From assembly GCA_965203325.1 (NCBI GenBank), contig OZ241875.1:1152001-1216000 (forward strand): a stretch of 64,000 nt of DNA. The letters are read 5' to 3'. The number at the start of each line of letters is the position of its first letter. Position 1 is the stretch's first letter. The DNA is from a bacterium (GTDB lineage Bacteria; UBA8248). This document shows positions 12,499 to 28,699 of the stretch, piece after piece. A program made the translations under genes and the position numbers. The notes beneath the pieces are model-generated. The model ran no database searches. It was not told the origin of the DNA and saw only the letters and a list, made by a program, of their open reading frames with translations.

Positions 12499-13677
12499 CT
12501 ACTCGACGACCTCGGTGACGACGCCGGCCCCCACCGTGCGGCCCCCCTCGCGTATCGCGAAGCGTAGCTCGCGCTCCATCGCTATCGGCGTGATCAATTC
12601 CACGTCCAGCGACACGTTGTCCCCCGGCATCACCATCTCCCGGCCCTCGGGCAGCGTCACCAGACCCGTCACGTCCGTCGTACGGAAATAAAACTGCGGA
12701 CGGTAGCCGTTGAAAAACGGCGTGTGACGGCCGCCCTCTTCTTTCGTCAGGATGTACACCTCGCCCTTGAACTTCAGGTGCGGCTTGATCGACGCCGGCT
12801 CCGCCAGCACCTGGCCGCGCTCTATCTCGTCTTTCTTGACACCCCGGAGCAATACGCCCACGTTGTCGCCCGCCTGGCCCTGGTCCAGGAGCTTTCGGAA
12901 CATCTCAACGCCCGTCGCGACCGTCTTCCTCGTGTCCGTGATGCCCACGATCTCCACCTCATCCCCAACGTTCACGATGCCCCGCTCCACGCGGCCCGTC
13001 GCCACCGTACCCCGGCCGGATATCGAGAAAACGTCCTCCACCGGCATCAGGAACGGTTTGTCGACGTCGCGTACGGGTTCGGGGATGTAGCCGTCCACCG
13101 CCTCCATCAACTCGTCTATCGAGGAGGTGTCCGTACCCTCCAGGGCCCTCAGCGCAGAACCCGGAACCACCGGGATGTCGTCGCCCGGGAACTCGTAGGT
13201 CGAGAGAAGCTCGCGGACTTCCAGCTCCACCAGCTCCAGGAGCTCCTCGTCGTCCACCATGTCGACCTTGTTCAAGTACACGCAGATGTAGGGTACCCCC
13301 ACCTGGCGGGCCAGCAGGATGTGCTCGCGCGTCTGCGGCATCGGGCCGTCCGCCGCCGACACCACCAGTATGGCGCCGTCCATCTGCGCCGCACCCGTTA
13401 TCATGTTCTTCACGTAGTCCGCATGGCCCGGACAGTCCACGTGCGCGTAGTGGCGGTTCTCCGTCTCGTACTCCACGTGCGCCGTCGCTATCGTGATGCC
13501 GCGTTCGCGTTCTTCGGGCGCCTTGTCGATCTCGTCGAACCCGATCTCCTCCGCCATCCCCTTCTGCGAGAGGTGCCTCGTGATCGCGGCCGTCAACGTC
13601 GTCTTACCGTGGTCCACGTGACCTATCGTCCCCACGTTCACGTGCGGCTTCGTGCGCTCAAACTTCGCCTTCGCCAT
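12499..13677 (-). CDS. tuf: Elongation factor Tu (str-operon copy)
   Basis: [18 protein letters not shown]. Confidence 0.99.
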   Translation of the reverse strand: MAKAKFERTKPHVNVGTIGHVDHGKTTLTAAITRHLSQKGMAEEIGFDEIDKAPEERERGITIATAHVEYETENRHYAHVDCPGHADYVKNMITGAAQMDGAILVVSAADGPMPQTREHILLARQVGVPYICVYLNKVDMVDDEELLELVELEVRELLSTYEFPGDDIPVVPGSALRALEGTDTSSIDELMEAVDGYIPEPVRDVDKPFLMPVEDVFSISGRGTVATGRVERGIVNVGDEVEIVGITDTRKTVATGVEMFRKLLDQGQAGDNVGVLLRGVKKDEIERGQVLAEPASIKPHLKFKGEVYILTKEEGGRHTPFFNGYRPQFYFRTTDVTGLVTLPEGREMVMPGDNVSLDVELITPIAMERELRFAIREGGRTVGAGVVTEVVE

Positions 13678-13699
13678 GACGCGAATTCTCCTTCTAATA

Positions 13700-13733
13700 G
13701 AAAATCAAAGAGGGCGGCTCACGCCCGCCCCCT
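13700..13733 (-). terminator. Hairpin plus U-rich tail between fusA and tuf (terminator/attenuator-like)
   Basis: Minus strand AGGGGGCGG-GCGTGAG-CCGCCCTCT then TTGATTTTC. Confidence 0.4.
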
Positions 13734-13747
13734 CCAGATATACCTGC

Positions 13748-15853
13748 CTATACCGTTTCGACCGCCGTGCCTGCGTTTTTCGCCATCAACTCCTCGGCAA
13801 GCTGGCGCGGCATCTCTTCATATCGGCCAAACTGCATCGTATAGGTCGCCCTGCCCTGGGTCATCGACCGAACGTCGGTCGCGTAACCGAACATTTCCGA
13901 GAGCGGGACGGAGGCGTTCACCACCTTGGCGCCCGCCCTGTCATCCATCTCTCGAATCCGGCCGCGCCGGGAGGTGAGGTCTCCCATGACATCACCCAGA
14001 AAATCCGAGGGGCACACTACTTCCATATCCATGATCGGCTCGAGCAGAACGGGCTTCGCCTTCTTCGCGGCCTCCCGGAAGGCCATGGAGCCTGCGATCT
14101 TGAAGGCCACCTCCGAACTGTCCACCTGGTGGAACGAACCATCGAAAAGCGTGACCTCAATGTCGAGCAACGGATATCCGGCCAAAACCCCGTTCTCCAT
14201 GGCTTCTCTGACGCCATTCTCGACCGCCGGGATGTATTCTCTCGGAATCACGCCGCCCACAATCTTGTTGACGAACTGAAATCCGCCGCCCGGAGCGAGC
14301 GGTCTGATGGTGATCTCCACGTCCCCGAACTGCCCGCGTCCACCGGACTGGCGCACGAAACGCCCGCGCGCGGTGGCCTCGGCCCGGATCGTTTCCCGAT
14401 AGGCGACCTGGGGTTTGCCCACGCTGGCTTCCAGCGCGAATTCCCGAAATAGCCTGTCCACCAGAATCTCCAGGTGCAACTCCCCCATGCCGGAGAGGAT
14501 GGTCTGCGCCGTCTCCTCGTCCGAACGTACCCGGAAGGTCGGGTCCTCATCCGAGAGCCTCGCCAGGGCGTTGCCGAGCTTGTCCTGGTCGGATTTCGTC
14601 TTCGGCTCGATGGCGATGGAAATAACGGGTTCGGGAAAGTTGATGCTTTCAAGAAGGATGGGGTGGGAAGGAGCGCAGAGAGTATGGCCCGTTTTGGCCT
14701 GTTTGATGCCCAGGGCGGCGACGATGTCGCCTGCGTGGGCCTCCTGTATCTCTTCACGCTTGTTCGCGTGCATTCGCATAAGACGCCCTACGCGCTCCTG
14801 CTTGCCGGTGATCGTGTTCAATACGGAGGAACCCGATTTCAGCACGCCCGAATACACGCGGATAAATACCAGTTGGCCCACATAGGGGTCCGTCATGACC
14901 TTGAAAGTCAGCGCGCAGAGCGGGTCATCGTCCGAGGGCGCTCTCTCCTCGGGCTTTCTGCCCAGTTCCAAATCTTCATCTGACAATACGGCCTGAACGG
15001 GAGGGATTTCGAGAGGAGAGGGGAGATAATCAACAATGGCGTCCAGCAGAAGCTGAACGCCCTTGTTCCTAAACGCGGAGCCGCATACGACGGGAACAAA
15101 TTCGCCGCAGATCGTTCCCTGTCGAATTGCGGCCCGAATCTCCTCGGGAGAAATCTCCTCGCCTTCCAGGTATTTCTCCACCAACGAGTCATCGAACATC
15201 GAGAGCGTGTCGAACAGCTTTTCTCTCAGATCATTGGCTTCGTCCTTCAGATTATCAGGCACTTCCGCCTCCCGGTAGGAAGCGCCCATCGGGTCGTCGA
15301 ACACCCGCGCCTTCATGGTCACGAGATCCACCATGCCGGCGAAATTCTCCTCCGCCCCGATCGGCAGTTGCAGCACGAGCGGGTTCGCGGCGAGACGTTC
15401 CCTCACTTCATTCACCACCCTTTGGAAATCCGCGCCCGTCCTGTCCATCTTGTTGACGAACACGAGGCGGGGAACGCCGTATTTCTCCGCCTGACGCCAG
15501 ACCGTCTCGCTTTGCGGCTCCACGCCGCCCACGGCGCAGAACACCGCCACAGCGCCGTCGAGAACCCGCAGGCTTCTCTCCACCTCTGCCGTGAAATCCA
15601 CATGGCCGGGCGTGTCGATGATGTTGATGACGTGATCGTTCCAGGCACAGCGCGTCGCCGCGGAGGTGATGGTGATGCCGCGTTCCTGTTCCTGCGCCAT
15701 CCAGTCCATGGTGGCCGCGCCGTCATGCACTTCGCCCATTTTGTGGGTTCGGCCCGTGTAGAACAGGACGCGCTCGGTCGTCGTCGTCTTGCCGGCATCG
15801 ATGTGCGCCATGATGCCGATGTTTCTCGTTTTCCGGAGCGCTTCGCTGGGCAC
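13748..15853 (-). CDS. fusA: Elongation factor G
   Basis: [24 protein letters not shown] start with a GGAAGGA RBS. Confidence 0.98.
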   Translation of the reverse strand: MPSEALRKTRNIGIMAHIDAGKTTTTERVLFYTGRTHKMGEVHDGAATMDWMAQEQERGITITSAATRCAWNDHVINIIDTPGHVDFTAEVERSLRVLDGAVAVFCAVGGVEPQSETVWRQAEKYGVPRLVFVNKMDRTGADFQRVVNEVRERLAANPLVLQLPIGAEENFAGMVDLVTMKARVFDDPMGASYREAEVPDNLKDEANDLREKLFDTLSMFDDSLVEKYLEGEEISPEEIRAAIRQGTICGEFVPVVCGSAFRNKGVQLLLDAIVDYLPSPLEIPPVQAVLSDEDLELGRKPEERAPSDDDPLCALTFKVMTDPYVGQLVFIRVYSGVLKSGSSVLNTITGKQERVGRLMRMHANKREEIQEAHAGDIVAALGIKQAKTGHTLCAPSHPILLESINFPEPVISIAIEPKTKSDQDKLGNALARLSDEDPTFRVRSDEETAQTILSGMGELHLEILVDRLFREFALEASVGKPQVAYRETIRAEATARGRFVRQSGGRGQFGDVEITIRPLAPGGGFQFVNKIVGGVIPREYIPAVENGVREAMENGVLAGYPLLDIEVTLFDGSFHQVDSSEVAFKIAGSMAFREAAKKAKPVLLEPIMDMEVVCPSDFLGDVMGDLTSRRGRIREMDDRAGAKVVNASVPLSEMFGYATDVRSMTQGRATYTMQFGRYEEMPRQLAEELMAKNAGTAVETV

Positions 15854-15872
15854 GGTCAATCCTTCCCTCGGC

Positions 15873-16340
15873 CTACCAACGATAATGGGCGAAGGCTTTG
15901 TTCGCCTCCGCCATGCGATGCGTGTTCTCTCGCAAGCGAACGGCGCCGCCCGTATCGTTCGCGGCGTCCATGATCTCGGCGGCGAGGCCGTTCGCAATCT
16001 TCCTGTCCCGGCTCCGCGCGTTCTGGATGATCCAGCGGATACTGAGCGCCGTGCGCCTGTCGGGCCGCACTTCCACGGGCACCTGATAGGTGGCGCCGCC
16101 CACACGCCTGGAGCGAACCTCGAGAGCGGGTTTCACGTTGTCCATGGCGCGCTTGAAGACCTTGATGGGGTCTTCCTTCATCTTCTCCTCCACCACGTCC
16201 ATCGCCCCGTAAAACACGCGCTCGGCCAGACTCTTCTTCCCCTTGAGCATCAGGGAGTTGATGAACTTGGTCACCAGCCGGTCGTTGAACTTCGGATCCG
16301 GCAAAACGGTTCTTTTCGTGGCTCTTTTTCTTCTCGCCAT
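15873..16340 (-). CDS. rpsG: 30S ribosomal protein S7
   Basis: [24 protein letters not shown]. Confidence 0.98.
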   Translation of the reverse strand: MARRKRATKRTVLPDPKFNDRLVTKFINSLMLKGKKSLAERVFYGAMDVVEEKMKEDPIKVFKRAMDNVKPALEVRSRRVGGATYQVPVEVRPDRRTALSIRWIIQNARSRDRKIANGLAAEIMDAANDTGGAVRLRENTHRMAEANKAFAHYRW

Positions 16341-16382
16341 GAAATACGAGTCTCCCTGCTGAACCTGAAACGAGAACGCCGC

Positions 16383-16757
16383 CTACTTCGGCTTTTTCGC
16401 CCCGTATTTGGAGCGCCCGTTACGACGCGCTTCCACGCCCACGCTGTCGAGCGTTCCCCGGACGACGTGATAGCGAATGCCGGGCAGATCCTTCACGCGT
16501 CCGCCGCGGATCAAGACGATGGAGTGTTCCTGAAGGTTGTGTCCCTCACCGGGGATGTAGGTGGTCACCTCCATGCCATTGGTGAGGCGCACGCGCGCGA
16601 CCTTCCGGAGCGCCGAGTTCGGCTTCTTGGGCGTCGTCGTATACACACGAACGCAAACGCCGCGCTTCTGGGGACAATTTCGCAGCGCAGGACTATCGGT
16701 TTTCGTCTGAATCCGCTTGCGTCCCTTGCGTATCAACTGGCTGATCGTCGGCACCAT
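16383..16757 (-). CDS. rpsL: 30S ribosomal protein S12
   Basis: [22 protein letters not shown]. Confidence 0.98.
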   Translation of the reverse strand: MVPTISQLIRKGRKRIQTKTDSPALRNCPQKRGVCVRVYTTTPKKPNSALRKVARVRLTNGMEVTTYIPGEGHNLQEHSIVLIRGGRVKDLPGIRYHVVRGTLDSVGVEARRNGRSKYGAKKPK

Positions 16758-16955
16758 TCACTCCGAATCATGAGAAAGCCGCCCCGAAAAATCCCGCTCT
16801 TTCGAGACCAAAGCGTTCTTCGCCCTCATCTCGGGGCCACTTATTTCGACTACGGCTGAGCCTCGAGATGGGGCAGCCAAATAATCATAATTATTTCAAT
16901 TACTTGCAAGGCTCTGCGACTTCAAGAACCACGCACTCCAGACAACGAAGCGGCG

Positions 16956-16983
16956 ATTATAGCCCTACACGCGCTCTTGTCAA
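16956..16983 (-). promoter_or_regulatory. sigma70 promoter for the rpsL operon
   Basis: TTGACA-16 nt-TATAAT, perfect hexamers. Confidence 0.8.
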
Positions 16984-17018
16984 CCTCACGTGCGGAAAAA
17001 ATCCACATTTTCAAGGGG

Positions 17019-21200
<4,182 letters not shown>

Positions 21201-21254
21201 CCCTTGGGCGACGGCCGATGGAACCGCCGAACAAACAGGCTCAGAAATTCAGGT

Positions 21255-24200
21255 CTAGCTCGGCGCCTCGCCGCTCTCTATCAATTCGACATCAAGGGCG
21301 AGACTCTGAAGCTCCTTCATCAACACGTTGAAGGATTCCGGCAGACTCGCCTCCAGCGAGTTCTCTCCTTTCACGATGGATTCATAAATCCGCGTGCGGC
21401 CGGAGACGTCATCGCTCTTCACCGTCAATATTTCCTGCAGCGTCTTGGCGGCGCCGTAGGCCTCGAGCGCCCACACCTCCATCTCACCGAGGCGCTGCCC
21501 GCCGAACTGCGCCTTGCCGCCGAGGGGCTGCTGCGTCACCAGAGAATAGGGGCCCGTCGATCGCGCGTGAATCTTGTCGTCCACGAGGTGGTGGAGCTTG
21601 AGCATGTAGATCATCCCCACCGTGACCTTCTGCTCGAAGGGCTGGCCGTTTCTTCCGTCATAGAGCTGGGTTTTGCCGTATGGCGGCAACTCCGCCTCTT
21701 CCGTAAAGCGTACGATGTCCTGCTCCGTCGCGCCGTCGAACACCGGCGTCGCGAAATGCTTGCCCAGCACCTTCGCGGCCCACCCCAGGTTCGTTTCCAG
21801 AATCTGGCCGACGTTCATGCGCGAGGGCACGCCGAGGGGGTTGAGCACGATCTCGATCGGCGTGCCGTCTTCGAGATAGGGCATGTCCTCCTCGGGAACG
21901 ATGATGGAGACGACGCCCTTGTTGCCGTGGCGGCCCGCCATCTTGTCGCCTACCTGGAGCTTGCGTTTCATCGCCACGTAGACTTTCGCCATCTTGAGAA
22001 CGCCGGGGGGAAGCTCGTCGCCGCGCTGAAGCTTGGCTATCTTTTCCTCCAAAATACTTTCGAGCAGCTCGACCTGCTCGTTCGTGTGGTCGGAGAGGAC
22101 CTTGATCTGAGCGAGCAACGCCTTATCGACGGGCAGGTTCAGGAGGTTGTCGCCGCTGAAACTCGCGAGACCTTCCGCGTTGAATTCCTCTCCCTTGGCG
22201 AAGAGCCGCTCGTCGGCTCTGGGGCGAACCACGTCGGCGAGGGCGCGCTGCCCGATGAGCAAAGAGCGGATTCTCGCGTCTCCCTCATCGAGCAGGATGC
22301 GAATTTCATCGCCGTAATCCTTCACCAGCCTGTTGATCTCCGCCTCCTCAATCTGTTGCATGCGGACATCCTTCTCCGCGCCCCGCCTGGAGAAGACGCG
22401 CACCTCCACGACCGTCCCCTCGATCCCCGGAGGCACTCTGAGCGAGGAGTCGCGGACGTCGCCCGCCTTCTCGCCGAAGATGGCCCGCAGGAGCTTCTCC
22501 TCGGGGCTCAGCTGCGTCTCTCCTTTGGGCGTGATGCGCCCGACGAGCACGTCTCCCGGATTGACCCGCGCGCCCACGCGAACGATGCCGCTCTCATCGA
22601 GGTCGCGGAGGGCTTCTTCGCTCTGATTCGGGATGTCCCGCGTGATTTCCTCGGGACCCTGCTTCGTGTCGCGCGCCTCGATTTCGAACTCCTCGATGTG
22701 CAGGGAGGTGTAGATGTCTTCCTTCACCACCTTTTCGGAGATGACGATGGCGTCCTCGAAGTTGTAGCCGTTCCAGGGCATGAAGGCGACAAGCATGTTT
22801 CTGCCCAGAGCGAGTTCGCCCTGATCGGTGGAGAACCCATCTGCGATGATGTCGCCCTTCTGCACCTCCTGGCCCACGTGTACGATGGGTTTCTGGTTGA
22901 TGCAGGTATTCTGGTTCGAACGGCGGTACTTCACCAGATTGTGGATGTAGACACCCTCTTCGGCCAGGTTTCCCGCCTGCTCGGTCGCGCGAATCACGAT
23001 TCTGGTCGCGTCCACGCTCGCCACACGGCCGTCGCATTGCGCGATGACGACCGCGCCCGAGTCCCTTGCCGCGATTCCCTCCATGCCGGTGCCGACGAAG
23101 GGCGCCTCGGGCCGCAAAAGGGGAACCGCCTGGCGCTGCATGTTCGAGCCCATGAGCGCGCGGTTCGCGTCGTCATTCTCCAGGAAGGGAATGAGGGAGG
23201 TGGCCACGCTCACCAACTGCTTGGGCGATACGTCCATGTAGTCCACCTGCTCGCGGGGCACCATAACGAACTCTCCGCTCGTCCTCGCCGAGACGAATTC
23301 GTTGACGAGGTTGCCCTTATCGTCCACGGGTGCGTTCGCCTGGGCGATCTTGTACTTGTCCTCATCGATCGCCGAGAGCCATTCGACCGATGCGCCCACG
23401 CGCCCGTTCACCACCTTGCGGCAGGGCGTTTCGATGAATCCGTACTGATTCACGCGCGCATACGTGGAAAGGCTCGCAATCAGCCCGATGTTCGGCCCCT
23501 CGGGCGTCTCGATCGGGCAAATGCGCCCGTAGTGCGTGGCATGAACGTCGCGCACTTCGAAACCGGCCCGGTCGCGCGTCAGGCCGCCGGGTCCCAGGGC
23601 CGAGAGCCTGCGCTTGTGGGTGATCTCCGAGAGGGGATTCGTCTGGTCCATGAACTGGCTCAACTGGCTGGAACCGAAAAATTCCTTCACCGCCGCCGTG
23701 ATCATCTTGGAGTTGACCAGATCGCGCACCAGCAGATTTTCCATGTCCTGGATGCTCAGCCGCTCGCGAATGGCGCGCTCCATGCGCACGAGACCGACGC
23801 GGAACTGGCTTTCGAGCAACTCGCCCACGGAGCGCACGCGCCGGTTGCCGAGATGATCGATGTCGTCCACCACCCCCTGACCATGGCGAAGCTCGATGAT
23901 GTAGCGGACCGTGGCGATAACGTCGTTGAGCGTCAGGGTTCTCTGATCCAGCGGGAGGTTCAGGCCCAGCTTCGTGTTCAGCTTCAGGCGTCCGATGCGC
24001 GACAAGTCATATCGCTTCGAGTTGAAGAAAAGATTCTCGAAAAGGAGCCTCGCCGTTTCTTTCGTCGGGGGATCGCCCGGGCGCAGGCGCTTGTATATCT
24101 CGACGAGAGCATCTTCTTGCGTCTCGCATTTATCCGACGTCAGGGTGTCGCGGATGGTCCTGTCCGCCCCCACGCCGGAGACGTAGAGAATCGCCAGCTT

Positions 24201-25301
24201 GGGGATTTTCTTGTCCCGCAGGGCGGCGAGAACCTCGGAGGTGATCTCGAGGTTCGTGTCGAAGAGCACCTCGCCGGTTTCGGGGTCGGCCACCGGCTGG
24301 GCCAGAATGCCCCCGACGACTTCCTCGTCCTTGAGTTCCAGGATCTCCACGCCCGCAGACTGAAGCTTCCGAAGAGCGGCGCGCGTGAACTTGCGCCCCG
24401 ACCGCAGAACGAGTTCGCCCGTCTCGGGGAGGACGATGTCCTCGAAAATCCTCTGGTTCACCATGAGTTCGGAGAGTTTCTTGTAATAAGTGTCTCTCTT
24501 CTCGTCGTAGAAGAGTTCCTCGCTCTGGTAGAAAGAATTGAGAATATCGTCTTTATCCAGGCCGAACGCGCGCAGCAGAACGGTGACGGGAAGTTTGCGG
24601 CGCCTGTCGATTCGGACGAAGAGCAAATCCTTGCTGTCGAATTCGAAGTCCAGCCAGCTTCCCCGGTAGGGGATGAGCCGGGCCGTAAAGGCCGATTTGG
24701 CGGTGGGCTTCACCTTGTCCGCGCTGAAGAAGGCGCCGGGCGAGCGGTGCATCTGGCTGACGACGACCCGCTCCGTGCCGTTGATGATGAAGGTGCCGTT
24801 CTCCGTCATCAGGGGGATTTCCCCCAGGTATACCTTTTGCTCCTTCACCTCGCGGACGCGGCGCTCCTTGGTCTGCTCATCATGCTCATACACCGTAAGG
24901 CGCAGCATGACGCGCAGGGGCGCGACGTAGGTCATCCCTCTCTGGCGGCATTCATCCGCCTCGTGCTTTTGTCGGCAGAAGACCTCCACCCCGTCGTCGT
25001 CCTTTACGCCGGGGCCGCCAAGGCCGGGATATTCGTTGCCCTTCGACTCCCAGACGCCTATCTCATAGCCGAGGTATTCGAGCGTTACATTCTCGGCGGC
25101 ATCGGAGATGGGGAAGACGCTACGAAACACGCCCTCGAGACCCTCGTCCGTACGGCGTTCGGCGGGCAACACTTCCCATTGGAGGAATCGTTCGTAGGAA
25201 GACAGCTGAATGTCGATCAAATTCGGAATATCGATAACCGCAGGTATGGAGGCGAAATCCTCACGAACCCGACGGCCGTTCTTACCATTTTTTATATTCA
25301 T
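21255..25301 (-). CDS. rpoB: RNA polymerase beta subunit
   Basis: [35 protein letters not shown]. Confidence 0.99.
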   Translation of the reverse strand: MNIKNGKNGRRVREDFASIPAVIDIPNLIDIQLSSYERFLQWEVLPAERRTDEGLEGVFRSVFPISDAAENVTLEYLGYEIGVWESKGNEYPGLGGPGVKDDDGVEVFCRQKHEADECRQRGMTYVAPLRVMLRLTVYEHDEQTKERRVREVKEQKVYLGEIPLMTENGTFIINGTERVVVSQMHRSPGAFFSADKVKPTAKSAFTARLIPYRGSWLDFEFDSKDLLFVRIDRRRKLPVTVLLRAFGLDKDDILNSFYQSEELFYDEKRDTYYKKLSELMVNQRIFEDIVLPETGELVLRSGRKFTRAALRKLQSAGVEILELKDEEVVGGILAQPVADPETGEVLFDTNLEITSEVLAALRDKKIPKLAILYVSGVGADRTIRDTLTSDKCETQEDALVEIYKRLRPGDPPTKETARLLFENLFFNSKRYDLSRIGRLKLNTKLGLNLPLDQRTLTLNDVIATVRYIIELRHGQGVVDDIDHLGNRRVRSVGELLESQFRVGLVRMERAIRERLSIQDMENLLVRDLVNSKMITAAVKEFFGSSQLSQFMDQTNPLSEITHKRRLSALGPGGLTRDRAGFEVRDVHATHYGRICPIETPEGPNIGLIASLSTYARVNQYGFIETPCRKVVNGRVGASVEWLSAIDEDKYKIAQANAPVDDKGNLVNEFVSARTSGEFVMVPREQVDYMDVSPKQLVSVATSLIPFLENDDANRALMGSNMQRQAVPLLRPEAPFVGTGMEGIAARDSGAVVIAQCDGRVASVDATRIVIRATEQAGNLAEEGVYIHNLVKYRRSNQNTCINQKPIVHVGQEVQKGDIIADGFSTDQGELALGRNMLVAFMPWNGYNFEDAIVISEKVVKEDIYTSLHIEEFEIEARDTKQGPEEITRDIPNQSEEALRDLDESGIVRVGARVNPGDVLVGRITPKGETQLSPEEKLLRAIFGEKAGDVRDSSLRVPPGIEGTVVEVRVFSRRGAEKDVRMQQIEEAEINRLVKDYGDEIRILLDEGDARIRSLLIGQRALADVVRPRADERLFAKGEEFNAEGLASFSGDNLLNLPVDKALLAQIKVLSDHTNEQVELLESILEEKIAKLQRGDELPPGVLKMAKVYVAMKRKLQVGDKMAGRHGNKGVVSIIVPEEDMPYLEDGTPIEIVLNPLGVPSRMNVGQILETNLGWAAKVLGKHFATPVFDGATEQDIVRFTEEAELPPYGKTQLYDGRNGQPFEQKVTVGMIYMLKLHHLVDDKIHARSTGPYSLVTQQPLGGKAQFGGQRLGEMEVWALEAYGAAKTLQEILTVKSDDVSGRTRIYESIVKGENSLEASLPESFNVLMKELQSLALDVELIESGEAPS

Positions 25302-25395
25302 GTCGGCTCACCTCAAAAAAGTGGGGGCGATACGAGTAAAGCGCCGACCCCGCCGCGACCGGCAGGGATCGGGCCATCGGCATCCCGGGTGAGCC

Positions 25396-25779
25396 CTATG
25401 TGATTTCCACCTCCGCGCCTACCGCTTTGAGCTTATCGGCAGCAGCATCGGCGTCTTCCTTGGGAACCGCCTCTACGACGGCTTGGGGTGCGCTCTCCAC
25501 CAAGTCTTTCGCCTCCTTGAGACCAAGATTGGTCAGTTCGCGGACGGTCTTGATAACCTTGATTTTCTCTGAACCAAAAGCTTTGAGGGTGACGGTGAAA
25601 TCGGTTTGCTCCTCCGCCGCTTCGCCCGCGTCGCCGCCCGCCGCCATTCCCGCTCCGGCCACCATCATGGGCGCGGCCGCGGTTACGCCGAACTTCTCCT
25701 CGAGCTCCTTGACGAAGTCGCTCAACTCCATCACCGTCATGTTTTCAATGAAATCGATTACTTCTTCTTTGGTCGCCAC
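25396..25779 (-). CDS. rplL: 50S ribosomal protein L7/L12
   Basis: [24 protein letters not shown]. Confidence 0.97.
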   Translation of the reverse strand: MATKEEVIDFIENMTVMELSDFVKELEEKFGVTAAAPMMVAGAGMAAGGDAGEAAEEQTDFTVTLKAFGSEKIKVIKTVRELTNLGLKEAKDLVESAPQAVVEAVPKEDADAAADKLKAVGAEVEIT

Positions 25780-25889
25780 AATTCGCCCTTTCCTCGCAAT
25801 CGCAATAGACCATCGGCCAGATCAAGGCCATTTTATCTTGGAAATTTCGCTGTTTGCCCCCCTTCTAAGGGCAAACAGTTATATTACAC

Positions 25890-26450
25890 TTATTCTTTCT
25901 TTTTGGCAATGGCGTCGACGACATTTATGAGTTGGGAAACGACGCCGTTCAGAACTCTCGGCAGACCCGCCACGGGGGCCTGCAAGGCGGAGAGCAACAT
26001 CGAGAGCAGCACATCGCGCGAGGGCAGTTCCGCGAGCGAGTCCACTTCGGCGGTTTCCAGGAATCTGCCGTCCAGAACCCCGCCCTTGATCTCGCCGGCG
26101 GACTCTTTCTTCACGAATTCCTTGAGTATCTTGGCGGGAGTCGAGGGGTCGCCGTCGGTCGTCACGATGGAAATCGGTCCGACGAGCCTTCCCTGCAACT
26201 CCTCGAAACCCGTGCCTTCCACCGCGCGCTCGGTGAGCGAATTCTTGACGACGGAGAGCCGAACGCCCGCTTCGCGCGTTTGCCGCCTGAGCGCGGTCAT
26301 CTGCGCGACGCTCAGCCCGCGGTAGTCGAACAACACCAAAGAGGTGCTCTCGTTAAAACGAGTCTGGAGCACCTCTATCGCCTCGAGCTTATCTTCGCGG
26401 GGCGCCTTGCCCGTCGCCAGCCTCCCCTTCTCCACAACTGCTGTCGCCAT
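25890..26450 (-). CDS. rplJ: 50S ribosomal protein L10
   Basis: DYRGLSVAQMTALR..VVKNSL..LAELPSRD. Confidence 0.96.
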   Translation of the reverse strand: MATAVVEKGRLATGKAPREDKLEAIEVLQTRFNESTSLVLFDYRGLSVAQMTALRRQTREAGVRLSVVKNSLTERAVEGTGFEELQGRLVGPISIVTTDGDPSTPAKILKEFVKKESAGEIKGGVLDGRFLETAEVDSLAELPSRDVLLSMLLSALQAPVAGLPRVLNGVVSQLINVVDAIAKKKE

Positions 26451-26462
26451 TTCAGGGCCTCC

Positions 26463-27167
26463 CTATTTCAATGCCGCGAGAAGAGACTGGTGGTCGACCT
26501 TCACGCCGGGCCCCATCGTGCTGGAGATGGTGAGGCCCTTGAAGTACACCCCCTTGCTCGCCGCGGGCTTCGCGCGAACGAGCGCGTCCACGACTGCAGA
26601 GATGTTCTCGGAGAGCGCCTTCTCTTCGAAACTCACCTTTCCGACCGGGGCGTGAATAATGCCCGCCTTGTCCACGCGATATTCCACCTTGCCCGCCTTG
26701 ATCTCCCGAACCATGCGGCCCACGTCGAAGGAGACGGTGCCGGATTTCGGGTTGGGCATCATGCCGCGCGGGCCAAGCACCCGCCCGAGCTTGCCCACGA
26801 CGCTCATGACGTCGGGCGTCGCCACCACGCGGTCGAACTCCATCCAGCCGCCCTGAATCTTCTCGGCCAGATCATCCGCACCCACGTACTCGGCACCCGC
26901 CTCTTTGGCCTCGGCCACTTTCTCGCCCTTGGCGAAGGCCACGACGCGCTCTTCCTTGCCGATGCCGTTGGGCAAAGCGACGCTTCCCCTCACCATCTGC
27001 TCCGCATGGCGCGGGTCGACGCCGAGTTTGGCGCTGATCTCGACGGTCTCGTCGAATTTCGCCGTCGATATCTCCTTCAACAAACCAACGGCCTCTGCGA
27101 GCGGAATCTGTTTTTCCCTGTCGATTCGCTCCCGGGCTTCTTTGTATTTCCTGCCGTGTTTGGGCAT
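26463..27167 (-). CDS. rplA: 50S ribosomal protein L1
   Basis: [39 protein letters not shown]. Confidence 0.98.
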   Translation of the reverse strand: MPKHGRKYKEARERIDREKQIPLAEAVGLLKEISTAKFDETVEISAKLGVDPRHAEQMVRGSVALPNGIGKEERVVAFAKGEKVAEAKEAGAEYVGADDLAEKIQGGWMEFDRVVATPDVMSVVGKLGRVLGPRGMMPNPKSGTVSFDVGRMVREIKAGKVEYRVDKAGIIHAPVGKVSFEEKALSENISAVVDALVRAKPAASKGVYFKGLTISSTMGPGVKVDHQSLLAALK

Positions 27168-27185
27168 TCGTCTGTCTCCTCCTTC

Positions 27186-27221
27186 GTGGTTCGAACGACG
27201 CCCGAGCCGGACGCCTCCCAC
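27186..27221 (-). promoter_or_regulatory. Putative L1-binding autoregulatory leader between rplK and rplA
   Basis: GTGG-GA-GGCGTCC..GGGCGTC-GTTCGAA-CCAC: two stems around an asymmetric internal loop directly before the rplA RBS. Confidence 0.7.
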
Positions 27222-27236
27222 CTGGTAAAATAAAAA

Positions 27237-27662
27237 CTACCCGCTGACCTCGATCCCCATGCTGCGGGCCGTACCCTCGATGATCCGGACGGCCCCGTCG
27301 AGGTCGGCGCTGTTCAGGTCCTCTTTCTTGATCTCCGCGATTTCCTCGAGTTGTTTGCGCGTCACGCTGCCCACGCCCTCGCGACCGGGCTCGGAGGAGC
27401 CTTTCGCCAGGGCGGCGGCCTGTTTGAGTAGAGCGGAGGCCGGCGGACTCTTCATGATGAAGGTGAAGCTCTTGTCCGCGTACACCGAGATCACGACCGG
27501 TATGATCGTGCCCTCCTTGCCCTGGGTCTGCGCGTTGAAGGCCTTGCAGAACTCCATGATGTTCACGCCCTGCTGGCCGAGCGCGGGACCGACGGGCGGG
27601 GCGGGGTTCGCCTGACCGGCCGGTATTTGAAGTTTGATGATGCCAACCGCTTCTTTCGCCAT
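27237..27662 (-). CDS. rplK: 50S ribosomal protein L11
   Basis: [22 protein letters not shown]. Confidence 0.98.
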   Translation of the reverse strand: MAKEAVGIIKLQIPAGQANPAPPVGPALGQQGVNIMEFCKAFNAQTQGKEGTIIPVVISVYADKSFTFIMKSPPASALLKQAAALAKGSSEPGREGVGSVTRKQLEEIAEIKKEDLNSADLDGAVRIIEGTARSMGIEVSG

Positions 27663-27764
27663 TTTTCCCTCTCGTAGCGACAAAGCCTGAGACTTGCCCG
27701 GGCTGCGCCTCGCTCTATTTCCCGGACGCGGCGAACGCCGCGCCCCCGATAAACCTTTTCTTCC

Positions 27765-28292
27765 CTATACCTTCTCCACCTGGAGCATCTCGAGTTCCAC
27801 GGGCGTCGCCCGGCCGAAAATGCTGACCATGACCTTGAGCTTTCCTCTGTCGGCGTGAACCTCGTCGATCTCGCCGGTGAAGTTCACGAAAGGCCCGTCT
27901 ATCACCCGGATGCTCTCGCCTTTTTCGAAATCGATCTTGGGCTTGGGCTTCTCGGCCTCTCCGCTCATCTGCTTGAGGATGTTTTCCATCTCGCCTTCAG
28001 AAAGGGGACTCGGCGCCGTTCCGCCCAGAAAACCCGTTACCTTCGGCGTGTTCTTGACGACATACCAGGTGTCCTCGTCGCACTCCATCTTAATCAGGAT
28101 GTAGCCGGGGAAGAATTTCCGGTTGGTCGTGCGCCTCTTCCCGCCCTTCACCTTCACCACCTGCTCGGTGGGAACCACGATTTCACCGAGTTTCTCCTCG
28201 TATTCCTTCCCGCGAAACTGCTCTTCGATCGAGCGTTTCACCTTGTTTTCAAAACCCGAATAAGTGTGCACCACGTACCAGTTCATGGACAT
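27765..28292 (-). CDS. nusG: Transcription factor NusG
   Basis: WYVVHTYSGFE, FFPGY, KOW, SIFGRATPVEL. Confidence 0.98.
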   Translation of the reverse strand: MSMNWYVVHTYSGFENKVKRSIEEQFRGKEYEEKLGEIVVPTEQVVKVKGGKRRTTNRKFFPGYILIKMECDEDTWYVVKNTPKVTGFLGGTAPSPLSEGEMENILKQMSGEAEKPKPKIDFEKGESIRVIDGPFVNFTGEIDEVHADRGKLKVMVSIFGRATPVELEMLQVEKV

Positions 28293-28306
28293 GCCGGAAT
28301 CCTGAC

Positions 28307-28522
28307 CTAGAAGCCGAAATTGAGGAAATAGCTGACGGCTCGGGACAACGCCAAATCGACCAGCCCCAAATATATCGCAATGATGAAGACGAACACGAGG
28401 GCCATGGCGGTTTGCGCCGCCGTCTGGCGCATATCGAGCCACGTCACGCGCTTCGCTTCGCTTTGCACGTCACGCAGAAAGGTGCGCCCCTGATGAATCC
28501 AGCCCATCACCTTGTTATTCAT
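28307..28522 (-). CDS. secE: Preprotein translocase SecE
   Basis: EAKRVTW plus one TM helix; synteny. Confidence 0.92.
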   Translation of the reverse strand: MNNKVMGWIHQGRTFLRDVQSEAKRVTWLDMRQTAAQTAMALVFVFIIAIYLGLVDLALSRAVSYFLNFGF

Positions 28523-28581
28523 GCATCCGCTCTCCGCAGCCGCTTACGACGTTTTCGAATCAAGGTCCGGCCCCGGGTTCA

Positions 28582-28658
28582 TGGCAGGCCAGGAGGGACT
28601 CGAACCCCCAACCGCCGGATTTGGAGTCCGGTGCTCTACCAAATTGAGCCACTGGCCT
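28582..28658 (-). tRNA. tRNA-Trp(CCA)
   Basis: Cloverleaf, anticodon loop CTCCAAA, 3' CCA. Confidence 0.97.
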
Positions 28659-28699
28659 GTGAAAACCTTTGTTGTAGCGAAACGACCGCCTTGTCCGCT

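Noticed and set aside
15854..16105. Apparent N-terminal extension of EF-G (also the extended starts given for dcd, SSS, PmtA-like MTase and DNA MTase)
   Set aside because: They overlap rpsG, ncRNA or repeats; better downstream starts exist.
16880..16910. IHF-like site (CAAGTAATTGAAA, minus strand) in the rpsL leader
   Set aside because: Single imperfect match in an AT-rich patch; insufficient support.
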